Assembly (NCBI GenBank): GCA_950097015.1 | Contig: CATNEN010000005.1 | Coordinates: 1,054,001-1,118,000 of the forward strand | Source: Macrostomum hystrix | Taxonomy: Eukaryota; Animalia; Platyhelminthes | DNA: 64,000 nt | Direction of reading: 5' to 3' | Part shown: positions 22,901-34,806 of the stretch, piece after piece | Layout: every line of letters starts with the position of its first letter | How positions within the stretch are numbered: the first letter of the stretch is position 1 | Made by a program: the position numbers and the translations under genes | Notes under the pieces: model-generated | The model's database searches: none | What the model saw: the letters and a program-made list of their open reading frames with translations, nothing else | What the model was told of the DNA's origin: nothing

Positions 22901-25900
22901 CACCAACTTACCTATTTACTATCCTACCAATCTACCAACCTACCTATCTACCAACCTACCTGTCTACCAACCTACCTAACTACCAACCTACCTGTCTACC
23001 AACCTACCTGACTACCAACCTACCTGTCTACCAACCTACCTATCTACCAACCTACCTATCTACCAACCTGCCTATCTACCAACCTACCTATCTTACCTAT
23101 CTACCAACCTACTATCTACCAACCTACCTATCTACCAACCTACCTATCTACAACCTACCTATCTACCTATCTACCAACCTACCTGTCTACCAACCTACCT
23201 ATCTACCAACCTGTCTACCAACCTACCTGTCCACCAACTTACATATCTAACAACCTGTCTATCAACGCACCTATTTACTATACTACCTATCTACCAACCT
23301 GCCTATCTACCAACCTGCCTATCTACCAACCTACCTATCTACCAACCTACCTATCTACAAAACCTACCTATCTACCAACCTACCTATCTACCAACCTACC
23401 TATCTACCAACCTACCTATCTACCAACCTACCTGTCCACCAACTTACCTATTTACTATCCTACCAATCTACCAACCTACCTATCTACCAACCTACCTGTC
23501 TACCAACCTACCTAACTACCAACCTACCTGTCTACCAACCTACCTGACTACCAACCTACCTGTCTACCAACCTACCTATCTACCAACCTACCTATCTACC
23601 AACCTGCCTATCTACCAACCTACCTATCTTACCTATCTACCAACCTACTATCTACCAACCTACCTATCTACCAACCTACCTATCTACAACCTACCTATCT
23701 ACCTATCTACCAACCTACCTGTCTACCAACCTACCTATCTACCAACCTGTCTACCAACCTACCTGTCCACCAACTTACATATCTAACAACCTGTCTATCA
23801 ACGCACCTATTTACTATACTACCTATCTACCAACCTGCCTATCTACCAACCTGCCTATCTACCAACCTACCTATCTACCAACCTACCTATCTACAAAACC
23901 TACCTATCTACCAACCTACCTATCTACCAACCTACCTATCTACCAACCTACCTATCTACCAACCTACCTATCTACCAACCTACCTATCTACCAACCTACC
24001 TATCTACCAACCTACCTATCTGCCAACCTACCTATCTACCAACCTACCTATCTACCAACCTACCTATCTACCAACCTACCTATCTACAAAACCTACCTAT
24101 CTACCAACCTACCTATCTACAACCTACCTGTCTACAAACCTAGCTATCTACCAACTTATCTACCATCCTTTTAACGGACCTACATTTCTGCACTTATCTA
24201 CGAACCTTGCCTAAATTTGTATAGCTATCTAACAATCAAATTACATAAGCTATGTATATTCGAACCAATCTTTCTCACCAAATAAGCCATCTTAATCCAC
24301 TATACTAAAAATGAATACGCTCTATTTATTTACGAAATCCCAGGATTATTATCTACGCGGTACTTTAGTGGAGGAAGAGGAGGCCGACAGTTCGCCAGAC
24401 GGTGACGATAACAAAGACAACGGCGAGGCTGACTCAGATGACGACGACATCGACGAAGAAGACGACGAGGGCGATGACGACGACGATTTCAACGGCGACA
24501 ACCACGGAGACGGCGGAGATTCCGTTGGCATTGACGACGAGAATATCGGCGTGTCCACCAGACGTCGAAAATATCGGATTCGAAGGACGCCGCCTCCGCC
24601 ACCGCCCCCGCCGCCCCCGCCTCCGCCGCCGTCTCAGCAGATGCCGCAGCATTTGCGCACGATGCCGCTGTCGCGTCTGGCGCAACAGTCGCGGGAGCAG
24701 CCGAGACTGGCAAGCCAGCAGCAGCAGCAGCGTAAACCTGCTACAGCAATTGTTAGACTAATGGGAGCCACTAACAATGCAAGCAGCAGCTCATCATCAG
24801 CCTTTGTTAGCAATGTTCACGTGCAGTACGAATCTGCGGCTAGACAGGTTTGACATATTTTTTGTGATTGTGAGATTCCAAGAAATATTCGTGTTTTGGT
24901 TTGTTAGGGTCGAGATTTTAAGACACCTGTCGTGCTCTGGTTGAGTTTCTAATAAAAAATGTGTGTTTTAAGTAAGATTATAAGAACTAATCGTATCATG
25001 TTATGATTTCGGCTTGTATTGAGTTAATTGGTTTCCAAGAAACTAGGTATTTCAGGTATAAGTCCTCTAACTGTAATATAGATTATATTATTTCAATTGA
25101 CTCAACTTTTACTCCCCTTGTAGGCGACCGCTTCGGCTCTGCTTCATCAGCACTTTCACGCCAACAGCAATCCGAACAATTCTTCAGCAGCGGCATTAGC
25201 TACTACTTCTAGTAGTCATCAAGTGAGCGTGTCCAATTCGACCAATCAGCAGTTACCAGTTTTAAGCATTCGTTTAACAACGCCACCAGTTAGTGGGACA
25301 ACGCTGAGTTCGTCAACTGTACCGCCGGCTATTGTTCTAGGCCTAACAAAGCCTTCGAGTGGCTCAACTGTATCCGGTAATCCATTACCAGCTACACTGA
25401 TCCGATCGGAGCTTACTCAAACTGTCAATTGTGTCCGAGGTCCCATACCGACTACTAGACTACAGCAGAATCCTGCTACGGCTGGTATCATTACTGCTCC
25501 TAGAGCCACAGTTCAGCAGCAGCAGCAGCAGTTATTTGTACTCAGCAGTCCCTCCGGTCATCTAGTTGCTGTCCAACAGTCGCTTGCTCCATCTGTAGGC
25601 ATTGTGAAGACTATTAATACAGCCGGCCTGTTAGCCAGTCATACAGGCCCAGCTGGTGGCGGCACTGGTGGTGTCTTCTTAGTTGCTGCTCCAGCATCGG
25701 CTAACTCAGCTTCGTCATCTAGTCCGACAGCTGTCAATCAGACGAGTGTGCTACGTTTAACTCAACAGCAACAACCCGCTGCACTGATTTCTTCGGCTGT
25801 TAATTCTCCTATTGTTATCCAGCAGCAGCAGTCAGCTAGAAAGAATGTGACCCTGTACAATGTTGGCGGCATTCTGTTTACACCTGATTGTCGACCGGTT

Positions 25901-26050
25901 ATTGTAGAAAATCAGACAATGCGATTTCTGCCAACCGACGGTATCGATCCTAAACTCATGTCGGCGGCTAAGCAAGTTATTACCGAGGCTGTCAAATCTC
26001 AGCAGCAGCAGCAGCAGCAGCAGTTGCAATCAGTTGTTGGCTTGCGATAG
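13940..26050 (+). CDS. BRD10: BRD10/KIAA2026-like bromodomain protein, 9 coding exons: 13940-14192, 14261-14429, 15207-15750, 17804-18253, 20594-21514, 22192-22353, 22445-22612, 24344-24847, 25124-26050
   Basis: Spliced ELQAAYRILQDFL...MCLLK|MKEKF...DFRLMLFNCY...FEQKIGLLSR|DLRERCTI and later LCPQFADVVGHRNPLE...YHEL match recalled KIAA2026 segments (ELQQGYRILGEFL, MCLLQMEEKF, LEQKLALLSRHLREK, LCPQFFKVLGEVNPLE). All eight introns are GT-AG and phase-consistent. Start uncertain (acceptor at 13939 or ATG at 13985). Confidence 0.8.
14493..15055. repeat. About 35-bp minisatellite in BRD10 intron 2 (AAAGATTGGTCAGGAATCGGAGGATTTGGTAGGTC)
   Basis: Visible periodicity with variants. Confidence 0.88.
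15868..17732. repeat. 29-bp minisatellite in BRD10 intron 3 (ATCCCAGATCCTCAGTTTATCATTTAAAT)n, about 64 copies
   Basis: Homogeneous 29-bp period. Confidence 0.95.
18300..20525. repeat. 23-bp minisatellite in BRD10 intron 4 (CAGATTTTGTACATTCTGGGCTT)n, about 96 copies
   Basis: 23-bp period; explains the spurious ILGFRFCTFWASDFVHS ORFs. Confidence 0.95.
21605..21800 (+). mobile_element. tRNA-derived CORE-SINE-like element
   Basis: A-box-like TAGCTCAATGG (21605), B-box-like GTTCGAATC and GTATTCGATTCC, then TGTGCCATTTAGCAAGACACTTAACTCTGCATTGCTTCAGTTCACCCAGCTGTTGAATGGG, which resembles the recalled MIR/CORE domain; a second related copy lies at 45972. Confidence 0.65.
22765..24160. repeat. 16-bp minisatellite (CTACCAACCTACCTAT)n in BRD10 intron 7 with a 536-bp higher-order duplication
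   Basis: The landmark ATCAACGCAC occurs at 23261 and 23797, and flanking variant order repeats at the same 536-bp offset. Confidence 0.9.
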
Positions 26051-26789
26051 CTTCACAATTATATGAATCGACAAAATAAACTATTCATATAATTGTTTTC
26101 TTTCCAAAAACACTGACCAGTTTAAAATCCTCTTTATACCCGTTGTTATGAAACGCTATCATTGTATAATTAGTTTATTTTTTTGACAGTTTAATTTTTC
26201 TTACTCTTTTTCTTACCTTTGTTCGTGCATGTTTAAGATCTCGAAAAATATGTTTAGAAACTGCGGCAATTTTGCATTTGTTTGTTTAAACTAATTAAAT
26301 CTGAATTTTATCTTTTTTGTTTCTCTAAAATACTACTGACGATATGGTGTCAGTAGTAGTATTTTATCGCTACTTTAATTTATGAATAAATAATGGCTGT
26401 CCATCGCACTCTGTGCACCCTTGTCATCTTTTCTTAACTAATTAATAACTAAGCAATTGCTTCTAGTAACAAAACCAAGAAAAATTTTTTTTTCTCTAAT
26501 GGAAAAGTAATGACAAACAAATAAAAACAAATTTACGAATGCATATTAGTGTTGTAAAATAAAAAATAAAAAATCCCATTCATTCGTCATTTAGTTATTA
26601 ATTCTTAATACGCTTCTTACTTATCTGCTGATTCAATGCAGTGCATGTTACTGTTTGTAAATGATGTGGTAATTTTTTTATTTCATAACTATATTATATT
26701 GAAGCATTGTAGTACTGCAGCTAAAAATACATTGTTTCATATTTGTGCGAATCGCTGCTTTCTTGTTTTGAGATAATAGTTTATGGTTT

Positions 26790-27036
26790 AACAGGTAGCA
26801 ACGGTAGATTTATCCCCTTCTCACTGCCTAGCAACCAGGTAGCAACAATAGATTTGTACCTTTTCTCACTGCCTAGCAACGACTTAGCAACGATACAGTT
26901 TCACTTTTCTCAACGCGTAGCTACCACGTAGCAACGATGGATCTTCCCTTTTCTCACAGCCCAGCAACCGGGTAGCAAAGATGGAATTTTCCCTTTTACC
27001 ACTGCCTAGCAACCAGGTAGCAACGATAGATTTGTC
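26790..27036. repeat. Degenerate about 46-bp repeat (5-6 copies) rich in TAGCAAC, upstream of NUBP1
   Basis: CACTGCCTAGCAACCAGGTAGCAAC recurs at about 26822 and about 27000, with diverged copies between. Confidence 0.75.
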
Positions 27037-27122
27037 AATTGCAACAATCAATCAAAAAGCTATTTAACTACTGCTTAGCAATTTATTTATTTTTCAGCCA
27101 AAGAGCTCGCAATACTAAACCA

Positions 27123-28518
27123 ATGTCCGACGAAGTCCTACCCGCTGATCACAAGCCGGACAATGCCCCGGCACATTGTCCAGGCGTCGGCAGCGATTCT
27201 GCAGGTCGCGCCGCGCCGTGCGCCGGCTGTCCGAATCGCGGCGTCTGCAGCAGCGGGGCCGGTCGTCAAGCCGGCCCGGATCCAGATCTCGAACGAATCC
27301 GCGATCGTCTAGCCGGGGTCCGGCGAAAGATTCTTGTGCTATCCGGCAAAGGCGGGGTTGGCAAGTCCACTGTTACTGTCTGCCTGGCCCGTGCCTTGTC
27401 ATCGGCGATGTCAACAGATGGCACAGCTGCAGGCGATGAGAAACCAATGCAGGAACAATTGCAGGTATAAAGGACTTTTAACTCACCCCTTTCAGCCCTC
27501 TCTTCCGCCCTTCTAGTCCGATCCGCCCCTCTCTTCCGCCCTTCTAGTCCGATCCGCCCCTCTCTTCCGCCCCTCTAGTCCGATCCGCCCCTCTCTTCCG
27601 CCCCTCTCTTCCGCCCTTCTCGTCTAATCCGCTCTCTTCCTCTCTTTCGCACTATTAGTCTGATCCGCCGTATTCCTCTCTTCCGCTGTCTTCCTCTTTT
27701 CCGCCCTTCTAGTCTCATCCGCCCGTATCTTCCGCCCCTCTATCCGCCCTTTAAGACTGATCCGCCCCTCTCTTCCACTATTCTAGTCTGATCCGCCCCT
27801 GTCTTCCACCCTCTGATCCGCTCCTCTCCGATCTGTTCCTCAGGTCGGCCTACTCGACGTTGACATCTGCGGCCCGTCGGTGCCAACAATGCTCGGCCTC
27901 CTGGGCGAGACCGTCCACCAAAGCGCCGTCGGTTGGTCACCAATCTACGCCGAAGATTCCCTCGCCGTAATGTCCATAGCCTTCCTGTTGTCGTCGCCGG
28001 ACGAAGCGGTGGTTTGGCGAGGCCCGCGTAAGAACGGCCTTATTAAACAGTTTCTTCGCGATGTCGACTGGGGCTCTCTTGACTATCTGGTCATCGACAC
28101 ACCGCCTGGTACAAGCGACGAGCACCTGTCCATTGTTCAGCTATTGAAATCGGCCGGCATTGACGGCGCCATCATTGTCACCACGCCGCAGGAGGTGTCA
28201 CTAATGGACGCCAGAAAGGAGATTAATTTCTGCCGACGCCTTGGCGTCAACATACTCGGCGTTGTGGAGAACATGTCGGGATTCGTGTGCCCGAACTGTA
28301 CACGCAGGTCGGATATTTTCCCAGCCACTACGGGCGGCGCTGCAGCCATGTGCGAAGAATTCGGTCTGCCATTGTTGGCTAAACTCCCGATTGAGCCAGC
28401 TCTAGCTAGGGCGCTGGATAATGGACAATCGCCTGCCGAGGCTATGAAAGATGACGACAGCGAAACTTTGGTTGCTATGCGTTCCCTGGCTCAAATGGTG
28501 CGGCAGATTCTGCCGTGA
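27123..28518 (+). CDS. NUBP1: Cytosolic Fe-S cluster assembly factor NUBP1 (Nbp35), 2 exons: 27123-27464, 27844-28518 (338 aa)
   Basis: N-terminal CX13CX2CX5C ([24 protein letters not shown]), deviant Walker A GKGGVGKS, spliced LQ|[49 protein letters not shown]. Confidence 0.95.
27495..27830. repeat. About 31-bp C/T-rich repeat in the NUBP1 intron (TCCGCCCCTCTCTTCCGCCCTTCTAGTCCGA)
   Basis: Visible, progressively degenerate. Confidence 0.8.
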
Positions 28519-28614
28519 TTCCTTTGGCTTATTTAAATAACTGAGTTTCATCATTCGTCATGACTGATTACACTATAGGCTACGCGTTAGCCGCTGTTAG
28601 ATTACCCTTTCTCA

Positions 28615-29478
28615 TCCGCCATTCTATCCATTCTCCTCCGCCCCTTTCTACCCATTCTCCTCCGCCCCTTTCTACCCATTCTCCTCCGCCCCTTTCTACC
28701 CATTCTCCTCCGCCCCTTTCTACCCATTCTCCTCCGCCCCTTTCTACCCATTCTCCTCCGCCCCTTTCTACCCATTCTCCTCCGCCCCTTTCTACCCATT
28801 CTCCTCCGCCCCTTTCTACCCATTCTCCTCCGCCCCTTTCTACCCATTCTCCTCCGCCCCTTTCTACCCATTCTCCTCCGCCCCTTTCTACCCATTCTCC
28901 TCCGCCCCTTTCTACCCATTCTCCTCCGCCCCTTTCTACCCATTCTCCTCCGCCCCTTTCTACCCATTCTCCTCCGCCCCTTTCTACCCATTCTCCTCCG
29001 CCCCTTTCTACCCATTCTCCTCCGCCCCTTTCTACCCATTCTCCTCCGCCCCTTTCTACCCATTCTCCTCCGCCCCTTTCTACCCATTCTCCTCCGCCCC
29101 TTTCTACCCATTCTCCTCCGCCCCTTTCTACCCATTCTCCTCCGCCCCTTTCTACCCATTCTCATCCGCCCCTTTCTACCCATTCTCATCCGCCCCTTTC
29201 TACCCATTCTCCTCCGCCCCTTTCTACCCATTCTCCTCCGCCCCTTTCTACCCATTCTCCTCCGCCCCTTTCTACCCATTCTCCTCCGCCCCTTTCTACC
29301 CATTCTCATCCGCCCCTTTCTACCCATTCTCCTCCGCCCCTTTCTACCCATTCTCATCCGCCCCTTTCTACCCATTCTCCTCCGCCCCTTTCTACCCATT
29401 CTCCTCCGCCCCTTTCTACCCATTCTCCTCCGCCCCTTTCTACCCATTCTCATCCGCCCCTTTCTACCCATTCTCATC
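28615..29478. repeat. 24-bp minisatellite (CATTCTCCTCCGCCCCTTTCTACC)n, about 36 copies, between NUBP1 and SFMBT
   Basis: Near-perfect 24-bp period; explains the LSTHSPPP and MGRKGRRR ORFs. Confidence 0.96.
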
Positions 29479-29871
29479 TACCTATTTTCATTTTTCTGTC
29501 TTCTACCATTCTATTCTCCGTAACATTTACAATCGTAATCATGTGCTTTGTCAGATCAAGGCAACATTTTAATATTCGAATGCACTAAATATTCAGTTGA
29601 TGATTTGTGAGAAAATTGATTGTTATCTTTGGGTACATCTTTTGCTGATCACTTATTTTAGTATTAGAAATATACCATTGTGTATAAGTGCAATTATCTT
29701 TTTGACCGAACGAATTTTGAGTTATTTTGGATTTATTTTAAAATTAAATAAAAGTCGACTTATTACAAAAACTTTTTCTAAACATATCGGTTATGTATCT
29801 AAAAACGTCTAACTGTCTACTGACTAAACAATCCCTAATAAGTAGTATAATCATCGCCTTATCTGTTGCAG

Positions 29872-32800
29872 AACTCGTCGGAATTAATATCAACGGCTTC
29901 AGCAGCCGCCGTCGCTACGGACGACGATCAAAGCGGCTACCGACAATTCACCTGGGACGATTATCTGCAGAGCACTGGAGCGATCGCTGCAGACTCCGAC
30001 GCATTCCATCATGTTGAGGCTGCTCACGCTAGCCTATGCCGGCCTGGCATGCTGTTTGCGTTGCCATGGCAACGGGACGCCTATTGGCCAGTTCGCATAG
30101 CAACCGTTAGCGGACCATTGCTAGGCCTACAATTTGTTGGCTCCAGTGTTGCTAGGCAGCCAGTTTGGTACAGTATAGCCAGTCGGACGGGCAAATCCCT
30201 TGCCTGGTGCCGCGAAAATCCTCACCTGGTCAGACCGCCGCCTGATCTTGTGTCAGGAGTAGGCGAGGATCTGGCTAGCGAACCCAGCGCCGATGATTCC
30301 GCGGTGTTGAAGAGTCTATTATTAGACAGAGGCGAAGGCGAAGGCGAGGATGCGCCAGCCGAGATGCTTGAGGGCGACGCTTTGCAACCGGCTGAACGAA
30401 TCAAAGAGGGCGGCCTGCTGGAATGTAGCGCTCCGCTCATGCCATACGCGCTGTGGTTTGTTCAGGTTGGAGTTCATTTGCTCACTGGTTTGCACTGCCA
30501 ATTGGTGTACGACATTTGAACAATGTTTTCTCGAGTTTTTCTGAAAATTTTCCACATTTTCCCGTTTTGTTCCACAATAGATTAGATCCTAACCTCTTAA
30601 AATATATTCTCAAATTTATTAGGAATTACTACGATGACAAAAATATCCCAAAATTAGTCGATTTTTTTGTTCAGATATGGCCCCAAACTTGTTAGATATG
30701 GCCTCCCTAAAGTGTCACGTAAATTCATGTAAAAATCACTAACAGGTGCTGAAATTTGTAGATAAAAATATCGATATAATGTCAAATAAGTGTAGGCATA
30801 TTTTCTGAGGTTAATATCCAATAAATGTAGGGATATTTTCAAAGGTTTATTTCTAATACATTTCTGCCTTTTGTGAAAGGCAACTTAATATCTGGGATTT
30901 CTTAATATAGCTCGTATTATTCGTTCGTTTCTTTAAAATGATTTTTTTTTAATTATTTGATTTCTCAAAATGAAAACTTGCGGTTGTTAAACATGCTGTC
31001 GATTCGGTGTTCCATCAATCAGGTCATCAGCAACCGGGGCGGCAGACTGCAGCTTCGCTGGATGGACGATTGTTGTCAACAGATTCGGCCAGGCGGTGAA
31101 GCATTTCACCTGTTCTTCACTAGTCACCGCCTGCATGCATTGGGATTTGGGCTAGACAACAACAGCGATACTGAGCAGCAGCAGCAGCAGCAGCATCAGT
31201 CTTCCCTCGCCTATTTTTATTCGCCTAGTTTTAGCGAGCATAATCGCGTCCCATTCGACAAAGCTTCCAGCCTACTGTCGTCATGGCAACCGGCGTTAGC
31301 CGGCAAATTCCTACGTCCTCACAAGCTCCCACCGCAGCACAGATTTCGAGTGGGTCATCGCGTCGAAGCTGTCCATCCTGGGCACCGGAGGACTGTACAA
31401 CCGGCCACTGTTGTCAAAGTTATTGATCGTTATTTCTTTATCATCGAATTGGATGATTTGAGAACGCCAAATGAGCGAATCAGCGTTCAAAGATTGTGCA
31501 CGGCTGACACCTGCGAGATTATGGCGGCCAACACTTGCGCTTCAAGGTCGTTGCCACTGACGCCACCGCCTGGTAAGCTCCCATTGTCAATTTTAACTAG
31601 CTGTTTTGCTCAGTAGCTTAAATTATTGTTAAAATACGGATACAAATATATAAATATAGGCTAGAAAGGTATAGTGATTAGTCGAGATAGTGACTATAAA
31701 CTAGGGTACTCATTATAAATAAGAATGGGGTAACTATAGATAAGAAATGGGTAATTATAGATAAGAATGGGGTAATTATAGATAAGAATAGTGTAATTAT
31801 AGATGAGAATGGGTAATTATAGATAAGAATAGTGTAATTATAGATGAGAATGGGTAATTATAGATAAGAATAGTGTAATTATAGATGAGAATGGGGTAAT
31901 TATAGATAAGAATGGATGTTTATTATCCTACATGGAAGAAAAGAGTTGTTGTTCTTGAAAAGAATTCAAAGCTACATCCTAACCAATCTTTGCCAGGTCA
32001 CAGCGGCCATTTTACCTGGGCAGGCTACCTATCCAATCTCCCAGCCTCATCAACTGACGGCCAACCAGCCCAGGCGCCCCCAGATTCTTATTTTCAACTG
32101 CCCGACGAAGAATTCGACTTTTGTCTGGGAGAAAAATTGGAAATTGTTAGCCAGGAAGATCCGGCGGACACTCTGGTACCAGCCACCATCACCAGGTTTA
32201 TTGGCAGGCTAATGCAGCTGCATTTGAATCACATGAATCCCTTGGCGCCTCCGATTCTGATCGACATGGGATCAACTAGCTTATTTCACGTTGGCTGGGC
32301 CGAACTGAATGGTCACAAACTGTCGGTGCCATTCTGTTATCAGCAGGTGACTAATTACTTCATTGTTCATTGCATTCTCACATTCTTTATTGGTCATTAC
32401 CTATTCCGATTCTTCATTGGTCATTACCCAATCAGATTCTTCATTGGTCATTACCCAATCAGATTTTTCATTGGTCATTACCCAATCCGATTCTTCATTG
32501 GTCATTACCCAATCAGATTATTCATTGGTCATTACCCAATCCGATTCTTCATTGGTCATTACCCAATCAGATTATTCATTGGTCATTACCCAATCAGATT
32601 ATTCATTGGTCATTACCCAATCAGATTATTCATTGGTCATTACCCAATCAGATTATTCATTGGTCATTACCCAATCAGATTATTCATTGGTCATTTCCCA
32701 ATCAGATTATTCATTGGTCATTACCCAATCAGATTATTCATTGGTCATTACCCAATCCGATTCTTCATTGGTCATTAACCTTATCACATTCTTAATTGGT

Positions 32801-34067
32801 CATTACCCAATCAGATTCTTCATTAGTCATTAACCTTATCACATTCTTAATTGGTCATTACCCTATCTGATTCTTGATTGGTCAATACCCTCTCATATGC
32901 TACTTTTTAGTTCAGAATAAACTACTAAACAAATGAGTAGTATATGCAGCAATGAAAATGCTTTCTCTCTCTCCGGCCCAATCGCAGGCCGCCCACCACA
33001 AGCGGTTGCTAACCAATGTGCATCCGCCAAGCTGGTGCAGCAAAATCTACGTCAACAATCGCTGCCATGTTGGCCCAAGCATATCCAAGAGTTCAGCTGA
33101 CGGCCTACCGAAATCGTTGGGTCCTGGCGACGTCTGCGTCCTCCTAGAAGACCTGATTGGCCGAATAGTGCAAGCAGCGTACAATCCAACCAAAGTTTTA
33201 AAAGACATCGAGCGCGACCCCGAAGAGCCGAGAGAGTCGCTCACTCAGCGACAAATGAAAGCCAAATTCAAGGGCAAATCTTATTCGTCTGTAGTGCAGC
33301 TGTGCAATAACAGCATGTTCTTGGACGAATACTTGAAGCAGTTCTGCATCCGTCTAAAGGCGTGTCCATATTTCGTTAGCGTTTTTCGGCTCAGAAATTC
33401 CTGTCCGCAGACATGTCCGGCTAGGCTAAAAAAACTGCTCACGATTGAACGCTTGCCTAGGAAGAGTCGGCCGCCTCGACTATTGAGACCGAATGCTTCC
33501 ATGGGAGATTTGCCCCAGCTGGAGCAGCAGCAGCAGCATCAGCCTCAGCCGCTAGGCGAAGACGACAGTCTTCAAGGTGTGGGCGACGATGACGACACGG
33601 CTAGCAATCATTCGTCGGCTAACGGCGGAGGCCTTCGAGTCCCGGGTTCCCAGGCTCGAGTCCAGACCCGAGGCGTTCGTTTGCCCAGCTATGCCCTGCT
33701 GGATAAGCGCAGTAAAAGATTGCGCAATGAGCAGCAGCAGCAGCAGCAGTCTTCGGGCGCCCCTTCGTCATCTTACGCTTCTAGCGGTCCGTCGGGCAAG
33801 AAGGCCAAGTCGGCTCCGCCGCTGATCTCAAATCCGTTGCACTGGTCTGTTGAAGAATTACTGTTCTATCTGAAATCTAACACCGACATTTCTGACGACG
33901 TCTGCGAGCTCTTGGTCTCCGAGAAAGTCGACGGTCAGGCTTTTCTGCTCCTAACTCTGCCCACTGTGGAGACTGGACTAGGCTTGCCTTTGAACTCCGC
34001 CGCTCAGCTGTGCCACTGCGTCTGGCAGCTGAAGAAAGCCTTCTTCCAGCAGTTTGCTGGCAATTAA
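29872..34067 (+). CDS. SFMBT1/2: SFMBT-like Polycomb group protein (4 MBT repeats, SLED, SAM), 4 exons: 29872-30465, 31023-31572, 31997-32346, 32988-34067
   Basis: MBT motifs [23 protein letters not shown]...[21 protein letters not shown]...PATIT...[10 protein letters not shown]; SLED-like [12 protein letters not shown]; SAM WSVEELL...[14 protein letters not shown]...AFFQQF. Exons total 2574 nt and are phase-consistent. No in-frame ATG precedes the first MBT repeat. Confidence 0.88.
31715..31912. repeat. About 21-bp repeat (AATTATAGATAAGAATGGGGT) in SFMBT intron 2
   Basis: Visible periodicity. Confidence 0.8.
32385..32880. repeat. 27-bp minisatellite (TTCATTGGTCATTACCCAATCAGATTA)n in SFMBT intron 3
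   Basis: 27-bp period, giving 9-aa repeats in ORF calls. Confidence 0.92.
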
Positions 34068-34198
34068 TCTGCAGCTCTTGCCTGAAATTCTGCTTTTGCG
34101 AACTAGCTGGAAACAAATTAATATTCAACTGCATTTGCTACCGCGATTTCCAAGGTTGCTGATTCGTTGTTTCAAATTTCAGCTCAAATACTGCCTGA

Positions 34199-34806
<608 letters not shown>

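Noticed and set aside
28560-29588. 342-aa LSTHSPPP extensin-like ORF and the antisense MGRKGRRR protamine-like ORF
   Set aside because: Both arise from a stop-free 24-bp repeat; there is no unique coding context or splice support.
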